From: Actinomycetes bacterium
Lineage (GTDB): Bacteria > Actinomycetota > Actinomycetes > S36-B12
NCBI GenBank assembly: GCA_965657825.1
Contig: CBFHQG010000001.1
Coordinates: 15,057-79,056 of the forward strand
Length of the DNA: 64,000 bases
Direction: 5' to 3'
Shown one piece after another: positions 11,629 through 21,174 of the stretch (the stretch's first letter is position 1; each line of letters starts with the position of its first letter). The position numbers and the translations under genes were made by a program. Under the pieces are notes generated by a model that was given only the letters and a program-made list of their open reading frames with translations, made no database searches and was not told the DNA's origin.

Positions 11629-12903
11629 ATGGCGGGTGTGGAAGCACTGCGGATCACCGGTGGGGCTCGTCTCGAGGGAGAGGTCCGCCTGACGGGTGCG
11701 AAGAACAGCGTGTTGAAACTCATGGCGGCTGCGCTCCTCGCCGAGGGGCGCACCATGCTGGCTGAGGTCCCCGACATCCTCGATGTGGAGATCATGGCGG
11801 AGTTGCTGCGTCGACTGGGGTGCGAGGTCGAGCACGATCGCGACCGCGGCATCGTGGCGATCGATGTGCCCGGGATGCCCGCTCATAGGGCCGACTACGA
11901 CCTCGTGCGACGGATGCGGGCCTCCATCAGCGTCCTCGGCCCGCTCCTTGCCCGGTGCGGGGAGGCCGACATCGCGCTACCCGGGGGCGACAACATCGGC
12001 TCCCGGGGGCTGGACATGCACGTGGCCGGCCTGGAGCGGATGGGGGCGTCGGTCCGGGTGGAGCATGGCTTCCTCCACGCGCAGGCCACCCGACTGCACG
12101 GGGCGACCATCTGGTTGGACTTCCCCAGCGTGGGGGCCACCGAGACACTCCTCATGGCAGCGGTCACTGCCTCGGGGCGAACGGTGATCGACAATGCTGC
12201 ACGAGAGCCGGAGATCATCGACATCTGCCACCTGCTGTGCGAGATGGGCGCCGGTATCGAGGGCATCGGATCCTCGACCCTGGTCATCGAGGGAGTCGAG
12301 TCGCTGCAGCCCGTGCACCACGAGACAGTCCCTGATCGCATCGTTGCCGGTACGTGGGCCGTCGCCGCGGCCATGACCCGCGGTGATCTGACCATCGCCA
12401 ACGCCCGCCCCGAGCACCTGGAGATCGCCCTGGACAAGCTCCACACGGCCGGGGCGCAGATCGAGGTTCGCGCGGGGGAGTTCCGCGTGCACATGCAGGA
12501 CCGCCCTCGCGCGGTCGACATCGTCACGTTGCCGTATCCGGGTTTCCCGACTGATCTGCAGCCGCAGTTCATCGCACTCAATGCCATCGCAGAGGGCGCC
12601 TCCCTGGTCACCGAGAACCTGTTCGAGGCGCGATTCCGCTTCGTGCACGAGCTGGCCCGCCTCGGTGCCGATGTCCAAACTGAAGGGCATCACGCTCTCG
12701 TGCGCGGTCGTGCCACGCTCAGCGGTGCACCGGTGGAGGCCACTGATATCCGCGCTGGGGCCGGCCTTGTCCTCGCCGGTCTCGTGGCGCAGGGCGTCAC
12801 GACCGTCTACGAGGTGCATCACATCGATCGCGGTTACGCCGGGTTCGTGGACCGCCTCATCGAACTCGGTGCGCAGGTGGAGCGGGTCACCCTCGACGGG
12901 TGA
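11629..12903 (+). CDS. murA: UDP-N-acetylglucosamine 1-carboxyvinyltransferase
   Basis: [19 protein letters not shown] at the N-terminus, and full-length MurA similarity. Confidence 0.95.
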   Translation: MAGVEALRITGGARLEGEVRLTGAKNSVLKLMAAALLAEGRTMLAEVPDILDVEIMAELLRRLGCEVEHDRDRGIVAIDVPGMPAHRADYDLVRRMRASISVLGPLLARCGEADIALPGGDNIGSRGLDMHVAGLERMGASVRVEHGFLHAQATRLHGATIWLDFPSVGATETLLMAAVTASGRTVIDNAAREPEIIDICHLLCEMGAGIEGIGSSTLVIEGVESLQPVHHETVPDRIVAGTWAVAAAMTRGDLTIANARPEHLEIALDKLHTAGAQIEVRAGEFRVHMQDRPRAVDIVTLPYPGFPTDLQPQFIALNAIAEGASLVTENLFEARFRFVHELARLGADVQTEGHHALVRGRATLSGAPVEATDIRAGAGLVLAGLVAQGVTTVYEVHHIDRGYAGFVDRLIELGAQVERVTLDG

Positions 12904-13225
12904 TCAGGGCGCGCGCGGCCTTTTCATCCTGCGGCCACACCATCACCCGGGGGCCGTCGACGGTCTGGGCGAGGGTGGCCTTGATCTGGGCATCCTCGAG
13001 GTTGCGTCGCAGGATCTCGCCTTCGATATAGGTCGCGGGCGAGGCCACGGGGATGAGCAGGCCGTATTCCTGCGGGGTGCCCGGCCGCGCCGGTGCGGCG
13101 ACGACCGACCCGCCTCGGGAGAAGGCCCAGCGTAGGAGCAGGACCAGGATGCCGAGTCCGGCGAACGCGATCAGCGGCCCCACGATGTAGGAGTAGGAGT
13201 TGCCCACCGGCCTATGGTGGAGCAT
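12887..13225 (-). CDS. Hypothetical membrane-anchored protein
   Basis: 112 codons from ATG 13225 ([31 protein letters not shown]...), with one TM helix and a soluble tail. The 3' end overlaps the murA 3' end by 17 nt. No function recognised. Confidence 0.45.
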   Translation of the reverse strand: MLHHRPVGNSYSYIVGPLIAFAGLGILVLLLRWAFSRGGSVVAAPARPGTPQEYGLLIPVASPATYIEGEILRRNLEDAQIKATLAQTVDGPRVMVWPQDEKAARALITRRG

Positions 13226-13264
13226 CCGGTGGGAGTGCGCCACCGGCGTCGGTACCCTGTGGTG

Positions 13265-15280
13265 ATGACGCGCGTGAACGATCGTTCCGATGGGGACCGG
13301 CCTGCGAAGGATCGGCCCTGGCTGATGCGCACGTACGCGGGTCATTCGACCCCGGCCAAGTCCAATGAGCTGTATCGGCGAAACCTGAGCAAGGGACAGA
13401 CGGGTCTATCGGTCGCCTTCGATCTGCCGACCCAGACCGGGTACGACCCGGATGACCCGATGGCGGCAGGGGAGGTCGGCAAAGTCGGCGTGCCCATCGC
13501 CCACCTTGGAGACATGCGCACGTTGTTCGACGACATCCCGCTTGGCGAGATGAATACCTCGATGACGATCAATGCGACTGCGATGTGGCTGCTGGCTTTG
13601 TACTCCGCGGTCGCCGAGGAGCAGGGCGCGGATGTCTCGGCGCTACAGGGGACGACCCAGAACGACATCGTCAAGGAGTACCTGTCTCGGGGCACCTATG
13701 TCTTCCCACCCGGACCGTCCCTGCGCTTGATCTCGGACATGATCGCCTACACGGTCGTGAACATGCCGTCCTGGAACCCCATCAATATCTGCAGTTATCA
13801 CCTCCAGGAAGCGGGTGCGACCCCCGTTCAGGAGATCGCGTACTCGATGTGCACCGCTATCGCGGTCCTCGATGCGGTGCGAGATTCCGGTCAGGTGCCC
13901 CCCGAACGGTTCGGTGAGGTCGTCGCCCGCATGTCGTTCTTCGTCAACGCCGGCGTCCGCTTCATCGAGGAAATGTGCAAGATGCGGGCGTTCGTGCAGA
14001 TCTGGGATGACATCACGCGTGAGCGGTACGGCGTCGACGATGCCAAGCAGCGAAGGTTCCGTTACGGAGTGCAGGTCAACTCCCTGGGGCTTGCTGAAGC
14101 GCAGCCGGAGAACAATGTCCAACGCATCGTGCTGGAGATGCTCGCGGTGACCCTGTCGAAGGATGCCCGTGCGCGCGCAGTGCAGTTGCCGGCGTGGAAC
14201 GAGGCCCTGGGACTGCCGAGGCCGTGGGATCAGCAGTGGTCGCTTCGCATCCAGCAGGTGCTCGCCTACGAGACCGATCTGCTGGAGTACGAGGACATCT
14301 TCGAGGGGTCCCAGGTCATCGAAGCGAAGGTCAACCAGATCGTGGGGGAGGCCAGGGCCGAGATCGATCGTGTCCTGTCCATGGGGGGTGCGGTAGCGGC
14401 AGTGGAAAGTGGCTACATGAAGGGCCAACTTGTCGCATCGCACGCTCAGCGCCGTGCCCGCATCGAGTCTGGCGATGATGTGATCGTGGGGGTGAATGCC
14501 TTCACCACCACCGAGTCCAACCCTCTCCTCACCGACCTCGACACCGCGATCCAGGTGGTCGATCCGGCGGTGCAGGCCGAGGCGATCGCCTCGCTCGACG
14601 CGTGGCGAGCCACGCGGGATGATGCGGCCGTCGCCGATGCGCTGGCCAGGCTGAGAGCAGTGGCGGTGACGCAGGACAACCTCGTGCCGGTCACGATGGA
14701 GTGCGCTCGAGCCGGGGTCACCACCGGTGAGTGGGCCGGGGTCCTGCGCGAGGTCTTCGGTGAGTACCGCGCGCCCACAGGGGTTTCGAATGCGGTCGGG
14801 ACCACCGAGCCGGGCGAGTCCCTGGCACAGGTGCGCAGGCGAGTCCAGGAAACAGCCGACGAGCTAGGAGCTCGCCTGCGGTTCCTGGTCGGCAAGCCTG
14901 GCCTCGACGGGCATTCCAACGGGGCGGAGCAGATCGCTGTGCGAGCCCGCGATGCCGGCTTCGAGGTGGTCTACCAGGGCATCCGGCTCACCCCGGCCCA
15001 GATCACCGCGGCCGCCGTCGAAGAGGACGTCGACGTCGTGGGTCTGTCGATCCTGTCCGGCTCCCATCGGGAGCTCGTTCCGCAGGTCGTCCGTGGACTG
15101 CGGGAGGCGGGCATGGAGGACACCGTGGTCGTCGTCGGCGGGATCATCCCCGAGGCCGATGCCACCGAACTCATCCAGTCGGGTGTGGCGGCGGTGTTCA
15201 CCCCGAAGGATTACGACGCCACCGCGATCATGGGGCGGATCGTCGATGAAGTACGCGCGGCGAAGGGCCTGGCGATCTGA
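13265..15280 (+). CDS. meaA: B12-dependent acyl-CoA mutase, MeaA/ethylmalonyl-CoA mutase-like (single chain with C-terminal B12 domain)
   Basis: DRPWLMRTYAGHST...GLSVAFDLPTQTGYDPD...NTSMTINATAMWLLALY. The YAGHS variant and the single-chain ~670-aa architecture match my recollection of MeaA/Ecm rather than MutAB. ccr, epimerase and meaB are nearby. Confidence 0.8.
   Translation: MTRVNDRSDGDRPAKDRPWLMRTYAGHSTPAKSNELYRRNLSKGQTGLSVAFDLPTQTGYDPDDPMAAGEVGKVGVPIAHLGDMRTLFDDIPLGEMNTSMTINATAMWLLALYSAVAEEQGADVSALQGTTQNDIVKEYLSRGTYVFPPGPSLRLISDMIAYTVVNMPSWNPINICSYHLQEAGATPVQEIAYSMCTAIAVLDAVRDSGQVPPERFGEVVARMSFFVNAGVRFIEEMCKMRAFVQIWDDITRERYGVDDAKQRRFRYGVQVNSLGLAEAQPENNVQRIVLEMLAVTLSKDARARAVQLPAWNEALGLPRPWDQQWSLRIQQVLAYETDLLEYEDIFEGSQVIEAKVNQIVGEARAEIDRVLSMGGAVAAVESGYMKGQLVASHAQRRARIESGDDVIVGVNAFTTTESNPLLTDLDTAIQVVDPAVQAEAIASLDAWRATRDDAAVADALARLRAVAVTQDNLVPVTMECARAGVTTGEWAGVLREVFGEYRAPTGVSNAVGTTEPGESLAQVRRRVQETADELGARLRFLVGKPGLDGHSNGAEQIAVRARDAGFEVVYQGIRLTPAQITAAAVEEDVDVVGLSILSGSHRELVPQVVRGLREAGMEDTVVVVGGIIPEADATELIQSGVAAVFTPKDYDATAIMGRIVDEVRAAKGLAI
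13274..13287. promoter_or_regulatory. Candidate operator GTGAACGATCGTTC at codons 4-8 of meaA
   Basis: A 16-nt run, GCGTGAACGATCGTTC, is identical to the site upstream of ccr (24585..24600 region). The core GAACGATCGTTC is a perfect palindrome. A TANNNT box (TACCCT, 13253-13258) lies 3-6 nt before the GTG/ATG start, which suggests a leaderless transcript. Confidence 0.5.
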
Positions 15281-15307
15281 TCGACCCGGATCGTTAGGCT
15301 CTGGCGA

Positions 15308-15979
15308 GTGCGGATCGTCGTCACCCGTTGCGTGGTGGATTACTCCGGTCGACTCACCGCTCATCTTCCCGAAGCCGTCCGCGTGATCATGGTCAAAGCC
15401 GATGGCTCGGTGCTCGTCCACGCTGATGGCGGTTCGTACAAGCCCTTGAACTGGATGAGTCCTCCCTGCACGCTGATCGAGGAGCCTGGTGAGGCAGGGC
15501 TCGTCTGGCGGGTGGTCAACAAGGCGGGGGAGACCCTGGTGATCACCCTGCGTGAGATCGTGCACGACAGTGAACACGAACTCGGAGTCGATCCCGGGCT
15601 GGTCAAGGATGGGGTCGAGGCGCACCTGCAGGCCCTGCTCGCCGACCAGATCCAGACACTGGGCCCTGGGTGGACGCTGATTCGACGCGAGTTTCCCACG
15701 GCTATCGGACCGGTGGACATCATGTGCCGCGACGCACAGGGGCAGGCGGTGGCGGTGGAGATCAAGCGGCGCGGCGAGATCGACGGGGTGGAGCAGCTCA
15801 CCCGGTATCTGGAACTGCTGAACCGTGACCCGGTCCTCGCGCCCGTACGCGGTGTGTTCGCCGCACAGGAGATCAAGCCGCAGGCTCGCACGCTCGCTGC
15901 CGATCGCGGGATCGATTGCGTCGTGCTGGATTACGATGCGATGCGCGGGGTGGATGACCCTGACTCGCGACTGTTCTGA
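15308..15979 (+). CDS. nucS: Endonuclease NucS (EndoMS), mismatch-specific
   Basis: [17 protein letters not shown]-terminus and C-terminal RecB-like nuclease block GPVDIMCRD...[11 protein letters not shown] start. Confidence 0.93.
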   Translation: MRIVVTRCVVDYSGRLTAHLPEAVRVIMVKADGSVLVHADGGSYKPLNWMSPPCTLIEEPGEAGLVWRVVNKAGETLVITLREIVHDSEHELGVDPGLVKDGVEAHLQALLADQIQTLGPGWTLIRREFPTAIGPVDIMCRDAQGQAVAVEIKRRGEIDGVEQLTRYLELLNRDPVLAPVRGVFAAQEIKPQARTLAADRGIDCVVLDYDAMRGVDDPDSRLF

Positions 15980-15989
15980 GCGGCTGGTG

Positions 15990-17489
15990 CTAGCCGCGCC
16001 ACCCGCCGTGGCGGGCGCGCAGCGCTGACAGCACAAGTCGTCCAGCCCACGTCGGGCGCTCGAATGAGGTCAGTGAGATCGGGAGCGCGAAACGCTGGCG
16101 GACGATCGAGTGGGGGATGGTGAAGGCACGCAGGCCATCCGCACCGTGGATGCGGCCGATTCCCGACTCGCCGACCCCACCCCAGGGCAGGCCGGGAACA
16201 CCGGCGTACATCACCCAGGAGTTGATGCTGACCATGCCGACACGCAACCGTCGAGCGGCCGATTCCACCCTCGGGATCGTGCGTCCGAAGATCGACGCGG
16301 CCAGGCCGTAGCCGGAGGCGTTGGCGCGGTCGACGCCTTCTTCGAGATCGCGCACAGCGTTGATCGCCACCGTGGGACCGAAGGTCTCCTCGGTCATCGC
16401 GGGGGACTCCTCCGCGACATCGATCAGGATGATCGGTTCGACGGTTCGCTCGCCGATGGATTCCACGCCACCGAGGGCGAGGGTCGCCCCGCGGTCGACC
16501 GCGTCGGTGACATGGCGACGGATCGTCTCGCTGGCCTGGGGGAGAGTCATGGGCCCGTAGGCGGCTTCACCGTGAGTACCAGGGCGCAACCGATCGGCCC
16601 GTTTCGCCACCGCCGCGACGAGATCGGCGTGGATGTCGCGGTGCGCGTAGACCCGCTCGACCCCGACGCAGGTCTGCCCCGCGTTGGAGAACGCACCGTA
16701 GGCGATGGCATCGGCGGCCGCATCGAGATCAGCATCGGCATCGACGAGAACGGCATCCTTGCCCCCGCACTCCAGCACCACGGGGGTGAGCGTGGGTGCG
16801 CACGCGGCCAGGATGCGCCGCCCGGTGGCCGAGGACCCGGTGAACGACACCAGGTCGACACCCCCGGTGGCGAGAGCGGCACCCACGTTGCCGGCACCGA
16901 CGACGACCTGGACGAGTGGGTGCTCCGGGCACGAGGAGTTCAGCGCCCGAGCCAGCCAGTCACCGACGGCCGTGGCGTACTCGGAGGGCTTGAAGACCAC
17001 GGCATTGCCCGCGGCCAATGCATAGGCGATGGATCCAATCGGGGTGAAGACCGGGTAGTTCCATGGTCCGATCACGCCGACGACACCGACCGGCTCATAG
17101 GACAGGCTCGCACGTTGATTGATCGTGAGAAGCCCGCTGGGCACCCGGTGTGATGCGAGTACGCGCTCGGCCCGGGTTGCTGCCCAGTGCAGGTGCTCCA
17201 GGCTCAAGGCGAGTTCCAGGCGCGCATCGTCGCGGGGCTTGCCCATCTCGCGGTGCACCAGATCGACGAGGTCCTCGGCGTTGTGCGCCAGGTAGCGCTT
17301 GGCTGCGAGGAGCCTGCGCCGACGCTCGGCCCAGCCCAGATCAGCCCACCAGCGGGCGGCTAATCGTGCGCGGTCGATGGTCTCGTGCACCTCCTCCTCG
17401 GAGGTGATGGCGAAACTGCCGATGAGTTCGCCGCTGAGCGGCGCGCGAGAGTGAAGCCACGTGGTGTCGTTGGGAGCCGGTGCACTCAT
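15990..17489 (-). CDS. NAD(P)-dependent aldehyde dehydrogenase family protein
   Basis: FTGSSATGR and the catalytic-Cys motif VLECGGKD. 499 aa. Confidence 0.88.
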   Translation of the reverse strand: MSAPAPNDTTWLHSRAPLSGELIGSFAITSEEEVHETIDRARLAARWWADLGWAERRRRLLAAKRYLAHNAEDLVDLVHREMGKPRDDARLELALSLEHLHWAATRAERVLASHRVPSGLLTINQRASLSYEPVGVVGVIGPWNYPVFTPIGSIAYALAAGNAVVFKPSEYATAVGDWLARALNSSCPEHPLVQVVVGAGNVGAALATGGVDLVSFTGSSATGRRILAACAPTLTPVVLECGGKDAVLVDADADLDAAADAIAYGAFSNAGQTCVGVERVYAHRDIHADLVAAVAKRADRLRPGTHGEAAYGPMTLPQASETIRRHVTDAVDRGATLALGGVESIGERTVEPIILIDVAEESPAMTEETFGPTVAINAVRDLEEGVDRANASGYGLAASIFGRTIPRVESAARRLRVGMVSINSWVMYAGVPGLPWGGVGESGIGRIHGADGLRAFTIPHSIVRQRFALPISLTSFERPTWAGRLVLSALRARHGGWRG

Positions 17490-17578
17490 AGGGCGACGCT
17501 ACTCCGGTTCGGAGCGGTCGGCACAGGCATGGGAGACTAACGCCTCGAAACCAGGGCGTAGAGAGCGAGGAATCGGGC

Positions 17579-19357
17579 ATGAGCGGTGGATCCGTCACCA
17601 CAGTGGGGGTCGTCGGATTGGGCACCATGGGGGCCGGCATCGCGGAGGTATTCGCCCGTCACGGATTCAAGGTCATCGCCGTCGAACGACATGATGCTGA
17701 CCTCGACCGAGGCCGTGACACGATCGCGGGCTCCACACAGCGGGCGGTCGACCGAGGCAAGCTCGACGAGGCCGATCGTCGGTCTCTTCTCGAGCGCATC
17801 TCCTTCGGAACCGACCGACAGGCCTTGGCGGCAGCGGATCTGGTCATCGAGGCGATCCCGGAGCAGTTGGAATTGAAGCGCGAGCTGTTCGCCGAACTCG
17901 ACCGGATCACTCCCGAGCACACGATCCTCGCGTCCAACACCTCCTCACTGTCGGTGACGGAGATCTCTGTTGCGACCGGTAGGCCTGACCGGGTCGTGGG
18001 GATGCACTTCTTCAATCCGGCGCCCGTCCAGGGGTTCGTCGAGATCGTGCGGACGGTCGTGTCGTCACCCGAGGTCGTCGCCACCGTCGATGATGTCGCC
18101 CGACGCCTCGGGAAGGAGCCGGTGGTCGTCGGTGATCGTGCCGGGTTCATCGCCAACGCTCTGCTGTTCGGCTATCTCAACCACGCGGTAGCCCTCTACG
18201 ACTCGCGCTATGCCACCCGCGAGGACATCGATACCGCCATGCGTCTGGGCTGCGGATATCCCATGGGGCCGCTGGCCCTGCTGGACCTCATCGGCCTGGA
18301 CACCGCGTACGAAATCCTCGACACGATGTACAAGCAGGGTCGGGATCGACTCCATGCGCCGCACCCCCTGCTCAAGCAGATGGTCACCGCGGGCCTGCGG
18401 GGCCGCAAGACCGGTCGGGGCTTCTACACCTACGCCGAACCGAACTCCCCGAAGGTGATCGAGGATGCGGAGAGTCACGCGGCAGCGCGCGACTTCGGCA
18501 AGGCGCGTCATGTTGAGAGTGTCGGTGTCGTCGGCTCGGGCACGATGGCCTGCGGGATCGCGGAGGTGTTCGCCAAGGCCGGATTCGCCACGACGATCGT
18601 CGCGAGGTCCCCGGAGAAAGCCGAGTCTGCCCGGGCTGCGATCGCGAAGTCCCTGGAGAAGGCCGTCCAGCGCGGCAAACTCGAGGGTGGCGAACGAGAT
18701 GCGGCGCTGGCCCGCCTGACGCCGAGTTCCTCCCTCGATGATCTGTCCAATGTCGATCTGGTACTGGAGGCGATCGCTGAGAAGCTCGACGTCAAGGTCG
18801 CGCTGTTCGAGAACCTCGATGAGATTTGCCGACCCGGCGCGATCCTGGCGACGACGACCTCCAGTCTCCCGGTCGTGGAGATGGCGGTCGCGACATCCCG
18901 CCCCGGGGACGTCGTGGGTCTGCACTTCTTCAACCCCGCGCCGCTGATGGGGTTGGTCGAAGTCGTGCGCACGGTCTCCACGGCCGACGAGGTCACGGCC
19001 ACCGCGCTCGACGTCGTCGAGCGGATCGGCAAGCAGGCTGTGGTGTGCGGGGACCGTGCAGGCTTCATCGTCAATGCCCTGCTCTTCCCCTACCTCAACG
19101 ATGCGGTGCGCATGCTGGAGGCCAACTACTCGGGAACCGACGAGATCGACCTGGCCATGAAGAAGGGCTGCGGCCTGCCGATGGGACCCTTCGAGTTACT
19201 CGATGTGGTCGGTCTGGACGTGTCGTTGACCATCCAGCAGGTCCTCTATCGGGAGTTCCGTGAGCCGGGCTTCGCGCCTGCTCCTCGGCTGGAGCATCTG
19301 GTCACAGCCGGTTACCTCGGTCGCAAGAGCGGGCGGGGTTTTCGCACCTACGCCTGA
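17579..19357 (+). CDS. 3-hydroxyacyl-CoA (3-hydroxybutyryl-CoA) dehydrogenase, two tandem complete modules
   Basis: Two Rossmann starts (VGVVGLGTMGAGIAEVFA and VGVVGSGTMACGIAEVFA), each followed by the HFFNPAP and GFI.NA motifs. 592 aa. Confidence 0.88.
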   Translation: MSGGSVTTVGVVGLGTMGAGIAEVFARHGFKVIAVERHDADLDRGRDTIAGSTQRAVDRGKLDEADRRSLLERISFGTDRQALAAADLVIEAIPEQLELKRELFAELDRITPEHTILASNTSSLSVTEISVATGRPDRVVGMHFFNPAPVQGFVEIVRTVVSSPEVVATVDDVARRLGKEPVVVGDRAGFIANALLFGYLNHAVALYDSRYATREDIDTAMRLGCGYPMGPLALLDLIGLDTAYEILDTMYKQGRDRLHAPHPLLKQMVTAGLRGRKTGRGFYTYAEPNSPKVIEDAESHAAARDFGKARHVESVGVVGSGTMACGIAEVFAKAGFATTIVARSPEKAESARAAIAKSLEKAVQRGKLEGGERDAALARLTPSSSLDDLSNVDLVLEAIAEKLDVKVALFENLDEICRPGAILATTTSSLPVVEMAVATSRPGDVVGLHFFNPAPLMGLVEVVRTVSTADEVTATALDVVERIGKQAVVCGDRAGFIVNALLFPYLNDAVRMLEANYSGTDEIDLAMKKGCGLPMGPFELLDVVGLDVSLTIQQVLYREFREPGFAPAPRLEHLVTAGYLGRKSGRGFRTYA

Positions 19358-19382
19358 TCGAGGTCGCGAGGGAGGGGGCACC

Positions 19383-19646
19383 ATGGGCAAGCGCCGACCG
19401 GCGAGGCCGGCTCCCCGTCCACCGCGTCCCGACGCGATCGAGTCCCACGCCGACGGTGACTGGGTGGTGCGTCCCCTGACGGGCGCTTCGGCGACCAAGC
19501 CCTATCGGTGCCCGGGCTGCGACCAGATCATCACGCCCGCCACCCCGCACCTGGTGGCCTGGCCCGTGGATCGCGGGAGTGAGGAACGCCGCCACTGGCA
19601 CACCCCCTGCTGGCGCGCTCGCGATCGCCGCGGACCGAGCCGATGA
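19383..19646 (+). CDS. Small conserved zinc-ribbon-like protein, function unknown
   Basis: ATG 19383 follows a GGGAGGGGG Shine-Dalgarno. Motifs are YRCPGCDQ...HLVAWP...RRHWHTPCW. The stop overlaps the next start (ATGA). Confidence 0.6.
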   Translation: MGKRRPARPAPRPPRPDAIESHADGDWVVRPLTGASATKPYRCPGCDQIITPATPHLVAWPVDRGSEERRHWHTPCWRARDRRGPSR

Positions 19647-20410
19647 CGTCACAGGCGGGGCTGGAGATCCGAGCCGGAAGTGTGCTCCCTGCACGCCGGG
19701 AGCCGATGGTGCTGCGTACCGCGGATGGTCTGCGCCTCGTCGGTGAACTGGCTCTGCCCGTGGGCGGTGAACCGGTGGGCACCCTCGTGTGCGTTCATCC
19801 CCTGCCTACCCACGGCGGGATGATGGACAGCCACATTCTGCGCAAGGCCGCATGGCGACTTCCCGCGCTGGCCGGTATCGCGGTGCTGCGATTCAACACC
19901 CGCGGCACGACGTCGGCGGCCGGGACGAGTGAGGGGGCATTCGACAGTGCCCGCGGGGAGGGCCAGGACCTCGCCGCGGCGATCGACGCGGTGGGCGAGC
20001 TGCCCGATCCGTGGCTGCTCGGCTGGTCCTTCGGAACCGACGTCGTGCTCAAGCATGGTGATGTCGATCCGGTCCGCGGTGCCATCCTGCTCTCGCCTCC
20101 CTTGCGGTTCACCGATGAGCAGGACCTGGCCTCCTGGACTGCCTCGGGCCGCCCCCTGGTGGCCCTTGTGCCCGAACTCGATGACTACCTTCGACCGGAG
20201 CAGGCGGTGTCCCGCTTCGCGTCGGTGCCGCAGGCTGAGGTGATCGGCGTCGAGGGGGCCAAGCACCTGTGGGTCGGGGAGACCTACGTACGGGTCGTGC
20301 TCGATGAGATCGTTCGACGGATCAATCCGAGGGCGGCACCCCTGCCGACCCTCTGGACCGATAGGCAGGCGTCTGAACAGGGCGCCATGGAGAAGTGGAG
20401 TGACGTATGA
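19643..20410 (+). CDS. Alpha/beta-fold hydrolase
   Basis: 255 aa, with VCVHPLPTHGG...RFNTRG...GWSFG (nucleophile elbow G-W-S-F-G). Translationally coupled on both sides. Confidence 0.7.
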   Translation: MTSQAGLEIRAGSVLPARREPMVLRTADGLRLVGELALPVGGEPVGTLVCVHPLPTHGGMMDSHILRKAAWRLPALAGIAVLRFNTRGTTSAAGTSEGAFDSARGEGQDLAAAIDAVGELPDPWLLGWSFGTDVVLKHGDVDPVRGAILLSPPLRFTDEQDLASWTASGRPLVALVPELDDYLRPEQAVSRFASVPQAEVIGVEGAKHLWVGETYVRVVLDEIVRRINPRAAPLPTLWTDRQASEQGAMEKWSDV

Positions 20411-21165
20411 GTTTCGACCTCACCGGACGGCGCGCGTTGGTGACCGGTGCTTCGCGTGGCATCGGCCGTGCGATCGCGATCGCCTACGCCCAGGCAGGGG
20501 CCGACGTCGCAGTACTGGCGCGTAACGCGGAACTCCTCGACGAGGTGGTCGGGCAGATCGAGGGCCTGGGTCGTCGGGCGATCGCCTGCCCCGCCGATGT
20601 CCTCGATGATGATGCCCTCGTCGCTGCCGGTGCGCAGGCGGTGGAGTTCCTCGGTGGTCTCGATATCTTGGTGAACAACGCCGGAGGCAACTCCTTCTCG
20701 ATACCGGTTGCCCAGATGCGGATGTCCGGTTGGTCCAAGACGCTCAAGCTCAACCTGGACTCCCTCGTCGTGCTCACCCAGTCCCTGCTCCCCGCCGTGA
20801 TGGAGTCGCAGGGCTCGATCATCAATGTGTCCTCGGTGGTGGCGTTGCGTGGTGGACCCACGATGGCGCACTATGCAGCGGCCAAGGCAGCCGTCGTGTC
20901 CTTCACCCAGAGTCTGGCGCTGGAGACTGCCTGGGCGGGGGTTCGAGTGAATGCGCTGCTGCCCGGCTGGATCGACACTGATCTCACCGATTTCCTCCGG
21001 GTGAGCGACGAGGCGGAGGCCGGGGCGTTGAGTCGGGTACCGATGTCGCGCTGGGGTCGTTCGGAGGAGATCGCCGAACCGGCGGTCTTCCTCGCTTCGT
21101 CGGCGTCTTCGTTCATGACCGGCCAGTCGCTCATCGTCGACGGTGGCCTGTCGGCGATGCCCTAG
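20407..21165 (+). CDS. SDR-family oxidoreductase (FabG-like)
   Basis: TGASRGIGRAIA cofactor motif and the YAAAKAA (YxxxK) catalytic motif. Confidence 0.88.
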   Translation: MSFDLTGRRALVTGASRGIGRAIAIAYAQAGADVAVLARNAELLDEVVGQIEGLGRRAIACPADVLDDDALVAAGAQAVEFLGGLDILVNNAGGNSFSIPVAQMRMSGWSKTLKLNLDSLVVLTQSLLPAVMESQGSIINVSSVVALRGGPTMAHYAAAKAAVVSFTQSLALETAWAGVRVNALLPGWIDTDLTDFLRVSDEAEAGALSRVPMSRWGRSEEIAEPAVFLASSASSFMTGQSLIVDGGLSAMP

Positions 21166-21174
21166 GGTGCCGCG

